Assembly: GCA_041653755.1 (NCBI GenBank) | Contig: JBAZEU010000002.1 | Span: forward strand, 16,707 to 80,706 | Source of the DNA: Minisyncoccota bacterium | Lineage (GTDB): Bacteria > Patescibacteriota > Minisyncoccia > UBA6257 > UBA9933 | Direction: 5' to 3' | Length of the DNA: 64,000 nt | Shown here: piece by piece, positions 37,596-47,953 of the stretch | Numbering within the stretch: the first letter of the stretch is position 1 | How the letters are laid out: every line of letters begins with the position of its first letter | Notes under the pieces: generated by a model | Database searches by the model: none | What the model was told of the DNA's origin: nothing | What the model saw: the letters and a program-made list of their open reading frames with translations, nothing else | Made by a program: the position numbers and the translations under genes

Positions 37596-37696
37596 GGGGC
37601 CTTAGCTCAGTGCTAGAGCGCCATGTTAAACCGTGATAAGAAGGATCACGGTTTGATTTATCGCGGAGGTCGTAGGTTGGATTCCTACAGGCTCCA
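37596..37696 (+). ncRNA. tRNA-Ala-like RNA with the anticodon arm replaced by a long hairpin
   Basis: GGGGCCT/AGGCTCC-A acceptor with G3:U70; D arm GCTC/GAGC; T arm GTAGG/CCTAC; central 12-bp stem TTAAACCGTGAT/ATCACGGTTTGA. Confidence 0.7.
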
Positions 37697-37700
37697 CTTC

Positions 37701-37773
37701 GCGGCCCTAACTCAACGGAAGAGTGCTCCTGACCAGGGAGAAGTTGCGGGTTCGAATCCCGTGGGCCCGACCA
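37701..37773 (+). ncRNA. tRNA-like RNA with a non-canonical anticodon loop and irregular acceptor stem
   Basis: D arm ACTC/GAGT; T arm GCGGG-TTCGAAT-CCCGT; encoded ACCA end; anticodon arm CTCCT-GACCA-GGGAG without U33. Confidence 0.7.
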
Positions 37774-37808
37774 AGCCTCACATCAAAATATCGATGTGGG
37801 GCTTTTTA
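37773..37808 (+). terminator. Intrinsic terminator
   Basis: aagcctcacatc-N8-gatgtggggctttt. Confidence 0.8.
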
Positions 37809-37879
37809 CTTTTTACAGCCAACAATTTTTAATATAGAATCCTTTTATGCTTAGTGACAAGAAATCCGCCAGCCGGCGG

Positions 37880-38989
37880 ATGAAAATTCTAGCGATTGAA
37901 ACGTCTTGTGATGAAACAGCGGTCGCCCTGCTTGAGGCGAGCGGCGGAATAAATCCTTCGGTAAGCTCAGGACCGAAATTTAAAATTTTAGAAAATTTAG
38001 TTGCGTCTCAAATTAAAATTCATCAACCATTTGGAGGAGTAGTTCCTAATTTAGCAAAACGAGAACACCTCAAGAATTTGCCGATTTTATATCGACAAAT
38101 TCTTGCAAATTCTAAATCCGAAATTCTAAATTCTAAACAAATTAAAAATAAGATAAATCATAAATCAAAATTCGAAATTAAAAATTGTGACCTTATCGCC
38201 GTCACTGTCGGCCCCGGGCTTGAACCATGTTTGTGGACCGGAATAAATTTTGCGCAAGAACTCCATAAAAAATTCCTGCCTACCGGCAGGCAGGCAAAAT
38301 TAAAAACAAAAATTGTTGGAGCATCTCATCTTGAGGGACATTTATATTCATCTTTACTAAATCCGAAAAAGAAAATTCAATTCCCCGCGGTGGCTCTAAT
38401 CGTCAGCGGTGGCCATACGAGCTTGATATTTATGAAAGATCTAACGCATCTTAAAAAACTTGGCGAAACCCGCGATGACGCAGCTGGAGAATCATTTGAT
38501 AAAGTGGCGCGATTATTAAAACTTCCTTATCCCGGCGGCCCGGAAATCGAAAAAATAGCGAAGAAAGGGGATTCGAACGCAATTAATTTTCCCCGACCGA
38601 TGCTTAACCAAAAAAATTATGATTTCAGCTTCTCCGGCCTTAAAACATCGGTTTTATATTATTTGAGAGATAATAAAGCGTTAATTAGTAATGTGGCAGC
38701 TTCGTTTCAAGAGGCTGCTTTTGACGTTTTAATCAAAAAAACCTTGAGAGCAGTTAGGGAGTTTGGCGCTAAAACAATTGTAGTCACCGGCGGCGTGGCA
38801 GCCAATAAAACCTTAGGGCAGATGTTTAAAAAAGCCGTCAAAAAGAATAAAATGAAAATAGGCTTAGTCATACCTGAAATAAAATTCTGCACTGATAATG
38901 CTGCTATGATTGCCGTCAGTGCGTATATTAATTATTTACGAAATAAAAAGTACAAATTGATTGCTAATTCGAATATAAACATTTCTTAA
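37880..38989 (+). CDS. tsaD: tRNA N6-threonylcarbamoyltransferase TsaD
   Basis: ILAIETSCDET, GGVVPNLAKREH, HLEGH, DDAAGESFDK, FSFSGLKT, CTDNAAMIA. Confidence 0.96.
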   Translation: MKILAIETSCDETAVALLEASGGINPSVSSGPKFKILENLVASQIKIHQPFGGVVPNLAKREHLKNLPILYRQILANSKSEILNSKQIKNKINHKSKFEIKNCDLIAVTVGPGLEPCLWTGINFAQELHKKFLPTGRQAKLKTKIVGASHLEGHLYSSLLNPKKKIQFPAVALIVSGGHTSLIFMKDLTHLKKLGETRDDAAGESFDKVARLLKLPYPGGPEIEKIAKKGDSNAINFPRPMLNQKNYDFSFSGLKTSVLYYLRDNKALISNVAASFQEAAFDVLIKKTLRAVREFGAKTIVVTGGVAANKTLGQMFKKAVKKNKMKIGLVIPEIKFCTDNAAMIAVSAYINYLRNKKYKLIANSNINIS

Positions 38990-40065
38990 TGCCTTCTATT
39001 CTCAAAAAACTTGATTGGCCGTTGATGAGCTCAATGTTTTTTATAATGCTGGTTAGCTCTATTTCTCTTTTGTCTTCGTCGCCGGCCAAATTACGGCAGC
39101 AACTCGTTTGGTATTTGATAGGCGCTATAATCTTCTTTTTGATTCTAAAAATTAACTGGAAACCAATCACTAACTATTGGGGAGTGATAGTCGGAATTTA
39201 TTTTTTCGTGATTTTGCTTTTAGTCGTAACTTATTTTTTCGCGCCGTCAATTCGGGGAACTAGAAGTTGGTTGCAGATTGGAGGTTTCCAATTTCAACCG
39301 TCGGAATTAGCCAAGCTGGCTTTGATTCTCCTTTTCGCCAAATTTTTTTCCCGCAAACATATCAGTATCGCGCGCGTCTCTAATCTTTTATCTTCATTTA
39401 TTTATCTTGTAATCCCTCTGGCGTTAGTTGCGATTCAGCCGGACTTCGGCTCGGGCTTGATTTTATTTTTTATCTGGTTTGGCTTTCTTCTGGTATCAGG
39501 GATAAAGTGGCGGCATTTGGTTATCGCTCTGATTATTTTTTTGATTTTTGGCGCAGTTCTCTGGGTAAAAGTTTTAAAAGATTATCAGAAAGAAAGAATC
39601 ATGGTGTTTTTGTTTCCGAACAGAGACCCTTTGGGAATTAATTATTCGACCATTCAGGCGAAAATCGCCATTGGTTCAGCCGGTCTTTTTGGTCAAGGGT
39701 TCAAACAAGGAACACAAGTTCAGTTAGGGTTTTTGCCAGAGGTCCAAACGGACTTTATTTTAGCGGCTTTTATTGAGGAATGGGGGATTTTGCTTGGGGT
39801 TTTATTAATCTCCGTATTTTTCATAATGGTGACACGAATCATTAAAATCGGCCTTGAAGTAGAGAATAATTTTGACCGTCTTTTTTGTCTGGGAACGGCA
39901 ATTTTGTTTGTTGTCCAGTTTGCTTTTAATGCTGGGTCAAATCTGGGGCTAATGCCGGTTATTGGAGTCACTTTCCCGTTTTTAAGCTATGGCGGTTCAT
40001 CTCTGTTGACTGACTTTATTTTAGTTGGTATGGTAGAGAGTATAGCGGCTCAACGAGCCTTTTGA
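38989..40065 (+). CDS. rodA: SEDS peptidoglycan polymerase RodA
   Basis: FQPSELAK, QPDFG, YQKERI, LPEVQTDFI, PFLSYGGSS. Confidence 0.93.
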   Translation: MPSILKKLDWPLMSSMFFIMLVSSISLLSSSPAKLRQQLVWYLIGAIIFFLILKINWKPITNYWGVIVGIYFFVILLLVVTYFFAPSIRGTRSWLQIGGFQFQPSELAKLALILLFAKFFSRKHISIARVSNLLSSFIYLVIPLALVAIQPDFGSGLILFFIWFGFLLVSGIKWRHLVIALIIFLIFGAVLWVKVLKDYQKERIMVFLFPNRDPLGINYSTIQAKIAIGSAGLFGQGFKQGTQVQLGFLPEVQTDFILAAFIEEWGILLGVLLISVFFIMVTRIIKIGLEVENNFDRLFCLGTAILFVVQFAFNAGSNLGLMPVIGVTFPFLSYGGSSLLTDFILVGMVESIAAQRAF

Positions 40066-40099
40066 GGATTCTTTTTAAGAATATTAAGAATCGGAATCA

Positions 40100-41128
40100 A
40101 TGTTCCAATTGAGAAATTTTTTGTTGCTTTTTTTACTTTTTATCCTAATCGTTGGTGGGACGATTTTTTTTGCATTAAATTTAAGACCAGTTTCAACAGA
40201 TAAAACGCAAAGTATTTTAGAAATTTCTCAGGGAATGTCTTTCAATCAGATTGTCAATCAGCTTCACGATAAAGGATTAATCCGGTCATCAAAAATTTTT
40301 AAAGCTTTCGCTTTATTAAGCGGGCAAGCTCATCAGTTTAAACCGGGTGAATATTTTTTAAGTCCTAATTTATCATCGAAAGAGATTATCAATTATTTAA
40401 CGAATGGGCCAAAAGAAATTTCAATTACTATAATTCCCGGCAGGACATTAAAAGAGATAGACGATCTTTTATCCAGTAGCGGCGTTATAAAAAAGGGAGA
40501 TTTAATCGGGTTAAGCGTAAACGAAGTTTTTTCAGTTGACCAAGACAAATATTTTTTCTTGAAAGATAAAAAAACACTCGAAGGATTTCTTTTGCCGGAT
40601 ACTTATCGATTTTTACCGGGAGAAACCGCCAAAACAGTGGCCTTAAAGATACTGGATAACTTCGAGGCCAAGGCCTTGCAAAGTTTTAAGAAGGGTGCTA
40701 GTATAAACGTGAAAGAGGATTTTGATTACAAAACCCTCATTTTGGCATCTCTCTTAGAGAAAGAAATTCCTGTCTACGAAGATCAGAGAATTGCCGCTGG
40801 TATTTTTCAAAAACGACTTAAAATAGGAATGCCGTTGCAGATTGATGCTTGTATTTTATACGCGAAATGCGATGGACGATTTATAAATTGTTCAACGCTT
40901 CAGAAAGAAGATTTTAAAATTGATTCGCCGTATAACACATATTTAAACAAGGGATTAGTGCCTACACCGATTTCCAATCCTTCAAGCTCTACTATTGAGG
41001 CAGCTGCGAACCCGATACCGTCTGATTATTTATATTATTTAGCAAAACCTAAAACAAACCAAACAATTTTTTCTAAAACATTTGAAGAACATAACCGCAA
41101 TCGGTATCAATATTTATTAAATAATTAG
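40100..41128 (+). CDS. mltG: Endolytic transglycosylase MltG (core copy)
   Basis: LEGFLLPDTY, ASLLEKE, GMPLQID, SPYNTY..GL.P.PISNP. Confidence 0.92.
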   Translation: MFQLRNFLLLFLLFILIVGGTIFFALNLRPVSTDKTQSILEISQGMSFNQIVNQLHDKGLIRSSKIFKAFALLSGQAHQFKPGEYFLSPNLSSKEIINYLTNGPKEISITIIPGRTLKEIDDLLSSSGVIKKGDLIGLSVNEVFSVDQDKYFFLKDKKTLEGFLLPDTYRFLPGETAKTVALKILDNFEAKALQSFKKGASINVKEDFDYKTLILASLLEKEIPVYEDQRIAAGIFQKRLKIGMPLQIDACILYAKCDGRFINCSTLQKEDFKIDSPYNTYLNKGLVPTPISNPSSSTIEAAANPIPSDYLYYLAKPKTNQTIFSKTFEEHNRNRYQYLLNN

Positions 41129-41175
41129 GAGTTTTCGCTCTGCGTTTTAGCGGAGGATTTTGTTTTGTTTTTGAG

Positions 41176-44100
41176 ATGAATAAATTACCCACCAAAAATT
41201 TTTCTTCTCGGCCATCAATTCCTGTTGAACAGCCAAAATTGATTGAGATTCAAACCGCCTCTTGGCGTTGGTTTGTTGAAAAAGGAATAAAAGAGCTCTT
41301 TGAAGAAATTTCTCCGATTAAAGATTATTCCGGAAAAGAAATGGATTTGTATTTGATGGATTATTACTTTGATGAACCAAAGCACGACGAGGAAACCGCT
41401 CGCAGCAAAGAACTCACTTACGAAGCTGCGCTCCGAGCCAAGGCAAAACTGGTCAATCATAGATTAAAACAGACAAAAGAGCAGGAAATTTATTTGGGCG
41501 ATTTTCCGGTCATGACTTCCCGCGGCACTTTTATCATTAATGGCGTGGAGAGAGTTGTTGTATCCCAGCTGATTCGTTCAGCTGGGCTTTATTTTACGGC
41601 GGACGTTGTTAAAGGCAGAAAACTTTTTGGCGCAAAAATTATTCCTAATCGTGGCAGCTGGATTGAGTTCACAACCGAGCCGGATGGATTTTTAAGCGTT
41701 AAAATTGACAGGCATCGTCGTGTGGCGGTAACAGACCTTCTTAGAATTTTTTCTCTCCCGAATTCCGAAAAAAGTTTTAAGAGTAACGAAGAAATTCTAA
41801 AAGCTTTTTCGAGCATCGATAACGGCCAGATAAAGTTTATCAAAAAAACTCTTGATAAAGATTCGGCCAAGACAGCTTCGGAGTCATATATCGAAATTTA
41901 TAAACGGTTAAGACCGGGTGATTTGGCGACTCCAGAAAATGCTCAAAGCTTGATTGATGCGATGTTCAAGCGTTTAGATCGTTATAGCTTGTCAGCCGTT
42001 GGAAGATATAAATTGAATCAACGTCTTGAATTAAAAAACAAGATAAGTCACCTTGTTGATTTGGAAGATTTAGTGGCAATCACTAAAGAAATTATCCGAT
42101 TGAATAATGATCCTTTGGCTGAACCGGACGACATTGATCATTTGTCAAATCGTCGAATAAAAGCGGTTGGTGAACTTCTTCAAACCCGTTTAAGAATTGG
42201 TTTCCAAAGAACGAGAAGGACGGTGCAAGACAGAATGTCCACTTTGGATTTGGCAACGCTTTTGCCGGCCCAACTTATAAATTCTCGACTATTAGTTTCG
42301 GTGGTAAGAGAATTCTTAACAACTTCGCAGTTATCCCAATTTATGGATCAACACAATCCGTTGGCGGAGTTGGAGCACAAGAGACGGCTTTCTTCGCTGG
42401 GGCCAGGCGGTTTAACCCGGGAAAGAGCAAAATTCGAAGTTCGAGATGTTCACCCTTCTTATTACGGCCGAATTTGTCCTATTCAAACTCCGGAAGGCCA
42501 GAATATCGGTTTGATAAACCATTTGGCTAATTATAGCCGGCTCAATGAATTTGGATTTCTGACGACTCCTTATCTGAAAGTCAAAAAGGGCGTTATTACC
42601 AATGAAGTAATTTGGCTTGAGGCCAACGAAGAACAAAAATATAAAATTGCTCAAGGTAATACCAATGTTGATGAGAAAGGAAGAATCTTGGAAGAAATCT
42701 TAGAGGCAAGAATTAACGGTGAACCATCAACCTGCAAAAAAGAAGAAGTTGATTTAATTGACGCTTCACCGCAACAGGTAGTAAGCGTGGCAACATCTTT
42801 AATTCCTTTCTTGGAGCACAACGATGCCAACCGGGCGTTGATGGGTTCAAACATGCAAAGACAGGCTGTGCCTTTGGTCAAACCCAGCGCGCCATTAGTT
42901 TCAACCGGCATAGAAGATAAAGCGGCTTACGATTCGGGGTATGTGGTTATCAGCGGTTTTGACGGAGTGGTTCAAGAGGTGGACGCTTCAAAAGTTGTTA
43001 TCAAAACAAAAGAGGGAAAAACAAAAACTTATCATCTTTATAAATTTAGGCGTTCAAACCAATATACCTGCATTTCTCAAAAACCTTTAGTCAAAAAAGG
43101 ACAGAAAATAAAGAAGGGGGATATTTTAGCTGATGGTCCTTCGATGGACAACGGCACTTTGGCTCTTGGTCAGAATCTTTTAGTAGCTTTTATGCCTTTC
43201 GAAGGCGCTAATTTTGAAGACGCAATTATTCTTTCTGAACGCGTGGTGAGAGACGATTTATTCAGTTCTATTCATATTGAAGATTTTTATTGCGATATTA
43301 GAGAAACAAAACTGGGTCCGGAAATTACCACTTGTGATATTCCGAATGTTTCTGAAGAAAAATTAAGAAATCTTGACGAAGAAGGAATTATTCGGATTGG
43401 CGCTGAAGTTAAGGCCGGAGATATTTTAGTCGGAAAAATTTCCCCAAAGGGTGAGGTGGAATTAACGCCTGAAGAAAAATTGCTTCAGGCGATTTTTGGC
43501 GAACAAGCCAGAGATATCAAAGATACTTCTTTAGTTTTGCCGCACGGTAAAAGCGGACGAGTAATAAGAGTAAAAATCTTTTCACGGGATCAAGGCGATA
43601 AGCTTGAGCCGGGAGTGATAAAAAGAATTCAGGTTGAAGTCGCTAAATTAAGAAATCTTAGGGCGGGTGACAAGCTTTCCGGCCGCCACGGAAACAAAGG
43701 GGTGGTCTCGCAGGTTAGAGTAATGGAAGACATGCCTTATCTTGAAGACGGTACGCCTGTTGACGTCATTCTCAATCCTTTAGGCGTCGGTAAAAGAATG
43801 AACTTGGGCCAGATTTTGGAAACTCATCTTGGAATGGCTGCCAAGAAATTAAATTATCGAGCCATAACACCTATTTTTATCGGCGCTACTGAAAAACAAA
43901 TTAAAGAGGAGTTAAAGAAAGCCGGCGTTGCGGAAGACGGGAAAATGACCTTATACGATGGAAGAACCGGTCAGTCATTTCCGAAACCAGTAACTGTCGG
44001 TTGTATTTATATAATGAAGCTTCTTCATTTGGTTGAAGATAAAATCCATATGCGCGCTATCGGTCCTTATTCATTGATTACTCAGCAGCCGCTTGGCGGA

Positions 44101-44373
44101 AAAGCTCAGTTCGGCGGACAGAGATTTGGAGAGATGGAGGTCTGGGCTTTAGAAGGTTACGGTGCCGCCCATACGTTACAGGAAATGTTGACTATCAAAT
44201 CAGACGATGTTTTGGGGCGTTCAGCCGCTTTTGAATCAATTATTCGCGGTGAAAAAATTAAAAAACCAAACATTCCTTCGGTATTCAACGTAATGATAAG
44301 CGAATTAAAAGCGTTGGGTTTGAATATTGACCAGATGAACGAAGACGAAACAAAAAATAAAAACAATGGATAA
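41176..44373 (+). CDS. rpoB: RNA polymerase beta subunit
   Basis: GTFIINGVERVVVSQ, QLSQFMDQ, GDKLSGRHGNKG, GGQRFGEMEVWALE. Confidence 0.99.
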   Translation: MNKLPTKNFSSRPSIPVEQPKLIEIQTASWRWFVEKGIKELFEEISPIKDYSGKEMDLYLMDYYFDEPKHDEETARSKELTYEAALRAKAKLVNHRLKQTKEQEIYLGDFPVMTSRGTFIINGVERVVVSQLIRSAGLYFTADVVKGRKLFGAKIIPNRGSWIEFTTEPDGFLSVKIDRHRRVAVTDLLRIFSLPNSEKSFKSNEEILKAFSSIDNGQIKFIKKTLDKDSAKTASESYIEIYKRLRPGDLATPENAQSLIDAMFKRLDRYSLSAVGRYKLNQRLELKNKISHLVDLEDLVAITKEIIRLNNDPLAEPDDIDHLSNRRIKAVGELLQTRLRIGFQRTRRTVQDRMSTLDLATLLPAQLINSRLLVSVVREFLTTSQLSQFMDQHNPLAELEHKRRLSSLGPGGLTRERAKFEVRDVHPSYYGRICPIQTPEGQNIGLINHLANYSRLNEFGFLTTPYLKVKKGVITNEVIWLEANEEQKYKIAQGNTNVDEKGRILEEILEARINGEPSTCKKEEVDLIDASPQQVVSVATSLIPFLEHNDANRALMGSNMQRQAVPLVKPSAPLVSTGIEDKAAYDSGYVVISGFDGVVQEVDASKVVIKTKEGKTKTYHLYKFRRSNQYTCISQKPLVKKGQKIKKGDILADGPSMDNGTLALGQNLLVAFMPFEGANFEDAIILSERVVRDDLFSSIHIEDFYCDIRETKLGPEITTCDIPNVSEEKLRNLDEEGIIRIGAEVKAGDILVGKISPKGEVELTPEEKLLQAIFGEQARDIKDTSLVLPHGKSGRVIRVKIFSRDQGDKLEPGVIKRIQVEVAKLRNLRAGDKLSGRHGNKGVVSQVRVMEDMPYLEDGTPVDVILNPLGVGKRMNLGQILETHLGMAAKKLNYRAITPIFIGATEKQIKEELKKAGVAEDGKMTLYDGRTGQSFPKPVTVGCIYIMKLLHLVEDKIHMRAIGPYSLITQQPLGGKAQFGGQRFGEMEVWALEGYGAAHTLQEMLTIKSDDVLGRSAAFESIIRGEKIKKPNIPSVFNVMISELKALGLNIDQMNEDETKNKNNG

Positions 44374-47300
44374 TTTATTTGCTCTAAAAATTAAAATTGC
44401 CTCGCCGGAAGATATTCTCTCTTGGTCAAAGGGTGAAGTTACAAAACCGGAAACGATAAATTATCGAACTCAGCGTCCGGAAAAAGACGGGCTTTTCTCG
44501 GAAAAGATTTTCGGTCCGGCTCGGGACTACGAATGTTACTGCGGGAAATACAGAGGCGTGCGTTACAAAAATACTGTTTGCGAACGTTGCGGCGTTGAAG
44601 TGACTAATTCTATCGTCAGGCGCGAAAGAATGGGCCATATCACCTTGGCAACGCCGGTTACGCATATTTGGTTTTTAAAGAGCTTGCCGTCAAAAGTAGG
44701 TTTGTTTTTGGATATTCCTCTATCAAAACTGGAAAAAGTTATTTATTACGCTAATTATGTTGTTACAAACGTTAATGAAGATGAGAAAAAGAAATCTCTT
44801 TCAGAAATTGAAAAAGAATATAATTCAAGAAAGAAAACTTTAAAAGGGCAGGATCTTAAAGAATTTCAAACGGCAACTCTTACGGCCAAGCAAGAGCTTA
44901 CCGCGCTTAAACCGGGGAAAGTTTTAGCCGAAGCCGAATATTTTAATTTGGCCAGCAGATTCCCGAATGTTTTTGAGGCCTCAAGCGGAGCCGAAGCGGT
45001 CAGAAAGATTTTAGAAAAAATTGATTTGAAGAAATTAGCTTCTAAAACAAAAGAAGAAATCGAGAAGACCAAAGAAAAAATTCAATCTCAAAAATTATTT
45101 TATCGTCTTCAATTGATTCGTTCTTTCTTAAAAAACAACATGCGTCCTGAATGGATGATTTTGACGGTTTTGCCGGTTTTGCCGCCTGATTTAAGACCGA
45201 TGGTTGCCCTTGATGGCGGACGTTATGCCACTTCTGATCTTAACGATCTTTATCGCAGAGTTATCAATCGTAACAACCGATTGAAAAAATTATTGGAATT
45301 GAAAGCGCCGGAAGTTATCATTATCAACGAAAAAAGAATGCTTCAGGAAGCTGTCGACGCGTTGATTGATAATTCAGCCCGGCTTGGCACTCAAGGCCAG
45401 CAGTCGCAAGCCAGTCAGCAACCGACAAGATCTCTCGCTGACATTATCAAAGGCAAACAAGGAAGATTCCGTCAGAATCTTTTAGGCAAGAGAGTTGATT
45501 ATTCTGGTAGGTCAGTAATCGTGGTTGGCCCTCAACTGGAGCTTAACCAGTGCGGATTGCCTAAGAAAATGGCTTTGGAACTTTTCCGACCTTTCGTGAT
45601 CAGTAAAATTATTGAGAGCGGAGCGGCTTATAACGTTAAAAACTCCAATCGTTTAATCGAGCAAGCCGGCCCGGAAATTTGGGCGATTCTTGAAGAGGTG
45701 ATCAAAAACAAAGTTATTCTTTTAAACCGCGCTCCGACGCTTCACCGTTTGGGTATTCAGGCGTTCAGACCGTTATTGACCGAAGATCTTTGTATTAAAA
45801 TTCCGCCAATGGTTTGTACGGCGTTTAACGCTGATTTTGACGGCGATCAGATGCCGGTGCATTTGCCGTTGACTGATGAAGCGCAGAAAGAATCAATTGA
45901 TAGAATGATTGCTTCCAATAATCTATTAAAGCCTGCTACCGGTGAACCGATAGTCACACCGACTAACGATATTGTTTTAGGATGTTACTTCTTAACTAAG
46001 ATTAACGAGAAAGCCAAAGGGAGTGGCAAGATTTTCCTTGGCCCAGAGGACGTTTTAACATCTTTCCAGTTTGGAGAAATAGATATCAATGCGTTGATAA
46101 AGGTTAAGTATATTGAAAAAGGCGGAAAGTTTAAGGACTTAGAAACAAGCTGCGGCAGAATTATTTTCAACAATGCTTTGCCGGAAGATTTTACGTTCGT
46201 AAATAAATTATTGGTTAATAAATCGCTTCAAGAAATTGTTTCGTTATTAATCGAGAATTACGGAATTAAAAAAGTTGGCGCCATTTTAGATGGTATAAAG
46301 GAGCTAGGGTTTATGTACGCGACTATTTCCGGCACCACATGGGGTATGGATGATTTGCCTGTCTTCAAAGAAAAAGGCGCGATTATGGCACAGGCCGAAA
46401 AAGCGGTTGATTTGGTAAAACAGCAATATGAGCAAGGCCTTTTAACTGATTTCGAACGCAAAGCAAGAATTATAGAAATTTGGGAAGGAGTGAAAGATAC
46501 TATCCAAAAAGTTCTTCCTAGCGCTTTTGATCCGCATGGCTCGGTTTATTCTATTATTGATTCAAGAGCCAGAGGCAGTTGGATGCAGCCGTTGCAAATG
46601 GTGGGTATGAAAGGGTTAGTGCAAAATCCGAAAGGTGAAACCATCGAGTTGCCGATTAAATCTTGCTACAAGGATGGTCTTTCTGTTTTGGAATACTTTA
46701 TTTCTACCCATGGCGCCAGAAAAGGTTTGACCGATACAGCGTTGAAAACCGCTTCGGCCGGATATTTGACCAGAAGAATGGTAGACGTCAATCAAGACGT
46801 GGTGATTCGCGAGAAAGATTGCGGCACCCAAGAAGGTATCGATATATATAGGAAAGAAGGCGAAGGGTTTGGTTACAATTTTGGACCGCGAGTATTCTCC
46901 CGCACTGCCGCTGAAGATATTAAGATTGGCAATAAAATTTTAGTAAAGAAAGGACAAATTATCGACAGAAAAGCAGTGGAGTTAATCGAAAAATCAAAAA
47001 TTGAAAAAGTAAAAATTTATTCTCCTATAACTTGCAAAACTCTTTATGGCCTTTGCTCAAAATGTTATGGGTTTGATTTAGCCACTTTGAAACCAGTTGA
47101 AGTCGGTGAAGCAGTTGGTATCATCGCCGCTCAATCGATCGGTGAGCCGGGAACACAGTTGACTTTAAGAACATTCCACACTGGTGGTGTTGCTGGTGTT
47201 GACATTACTCATGGTTTGCCCCGCGTTGAAGAACTTTTGGAAAATAGGTTGCCTAAAGGTTATGCTCCTTTGGCGCCGGCTGACGGCGTGGTAGACGATA

Positions 47301-47944
47301 TTGAAATTCGCGGTCAATTAAAAGTTGTGAAAATTAAAGTTGCCGGAAAAACAAAGAAAACCAAAACAATAGAATATTTAGTGCCAAGAACCGCGGAAGT
47401 GTTTATGAAACCTGGCCAGAAGATTAAAAAAGGCGAACAACTTTTCGAAGGTAACTTGAGCTTGCGAGAATTGATGAATTTGCGCGGACGTCGGGATGCC
47501 GAAAGATATGTCATCAACGAAATCCAAAGAATCTATGTTTCTGAGGGAAGTAATATTAACGACAAGCATATTGAAATTCTGGTAAGGCAAATGTTCTCTC
47601 GAATGAGGATAAAAGAATCTGGCGATAGCAGTTTTGTTTCTGGCGAAATAATGGAGAAATCAAAACTAACGGAAGCTAACAAAATTTTGAAGAAATCAAA
47701 CAAGGCTTCTGCGGTTGGTGAACAATTATTGATGGGTATCTCTCGGGTTGCTATTTCTTCCGATAGTTTCTTGTCAGCCGCTTCTTTCCAGGAAACAGTC
47801 AGAGTTCTAACTACTGCCGCTTGTGAGGGAAAAGTTGATAAGCTTCTTGGTCTTAAAGAAAATGTTATTATCGGTCGATTAATTCCAGCTGGAACAGGTC
47901 TTGAAAAAGAGGTAGGTCTTGAGAAAAAAGAAGAAATCATTTAA
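44366..47944 (+). CDS. rpoC: RNA polymerase beta' subunit
   Basis: NADFDGD, GKQGRFRQNLLGKRVDYSGRS, QLTLRTFH. Confidence 0.99.
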   Translation: MDNLFALKIKIASPEDILSWSKGEVTKPETINYRTQRPEKDGLFSEKIFGPARDYECYCGKYRGVRYKNTVCERCGVEVTNSIVRRERMGHITLATPVTHIWFLKSLPSKVGLFLDIPLSKLEKVIYYANYVVTNVNEDEKKKSLSEIEKEYNSRKKTLKGQDLKEFQTATLTAKQELTALKPGKVLAEAEYFNLASRFPNVFEASSGAEAVRKILEKIDLKKLASKTKEEIEKTKEKIQSQKLFYRLQLIRSFLKNNMRPEWMILTVLPVLPPDLRPMVALDGGRYATSDLNDLYRRVINRNNRLKKLLELKAPEVIIINEKRMLQEAVDALIDNSARLGTQGQQSQASQQPTRSLADIIKGKQGRFRQNLLGKRVDYSGRSVIVVGPQLELNQCGLPKKMALELFRPFVISKIIESGAAYNVKNSNRLIEQAGPEIWAILEEVIKNKVILLNRAPTLHRLGIQAFRPLLTEDLCIKIPPMVCTAFNADFDGDQMPVHLPLTDEAQKESIDRMIASNNLLKPATGEPIVTPTNDIVLGCYFLTKINEKAKGSGKIFLGPEDVLTSFQFGEIDINALIKVKYIEKGGKFKDLETSCGRIIFNNALPEDFTFVNKLLVNKSLQEIVSLLIENYGIKKVGAILDGIKELGFMYATISGTTWGMDDLPVFKEKGAIMAQAEKAVDLVKQQYEQGLLTDFERKARIIEIWEGVKDTIQKVLPSAFDPHGSVYSIIDSRARGSWMQPLQMVGMKGLVQNPKGETIELPIKSCYKDGLSVLEYFISTHGARKGLTDTALKTASAGYLTRRMVDVNQDVVIREKDCGTQEGIDIYRKEGEGFGYNFGPRVFSRTAAEDIKIGNKILVKKGQIIDRKAVELIEKSKIEKVKIYSPITCKTLYGLCSKCYGFDLATLKPVEVGEAVGIIAAQSIGEPGTQLTLRTFHTGGVAGVDITHGLPRVEELLENRLPKGYAPLAPADGVVDDIEIRGQLKVVKIKVAGKTKKTKTIEYLVPRTAEVFMKPGQKIKKGEQLFEGNLSLRELMNLRGRRDAERYVINEIQRIYVSEGSNINDKHIEILVRQMFSRMRIKESGDSSFVSGEIMEKSKLTEANKILKKSNKASAVGEQLLMGISRVAISSDSFLSAASFQETVRVLTTAACEGKVDKLLGLKENVIIGRLIPAGTGLEKEVGLEKKEEII

Positions 47945-47953
47945 TATCTTCAA

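Noticed and set aside
37623-37832. 69-aa ORF, or tmRNA, over the tRNA-like pair
   Set aside because: The ORF overlaps both tRNA-like RNAs and the terminator. The RNA is too short for tmRNA, has a full D stem and lacks a tag reading frame.
41176-47944. Motif variants in RNA polymerase (GVGKRMN in RpoB, DGDQMPVH in RpoC) and short RpoB
   Set aside because: Catalytic residues are intact; this is compatible with ordinary divergence in a fast-evolving lineage and cannot be assessed without alignments.
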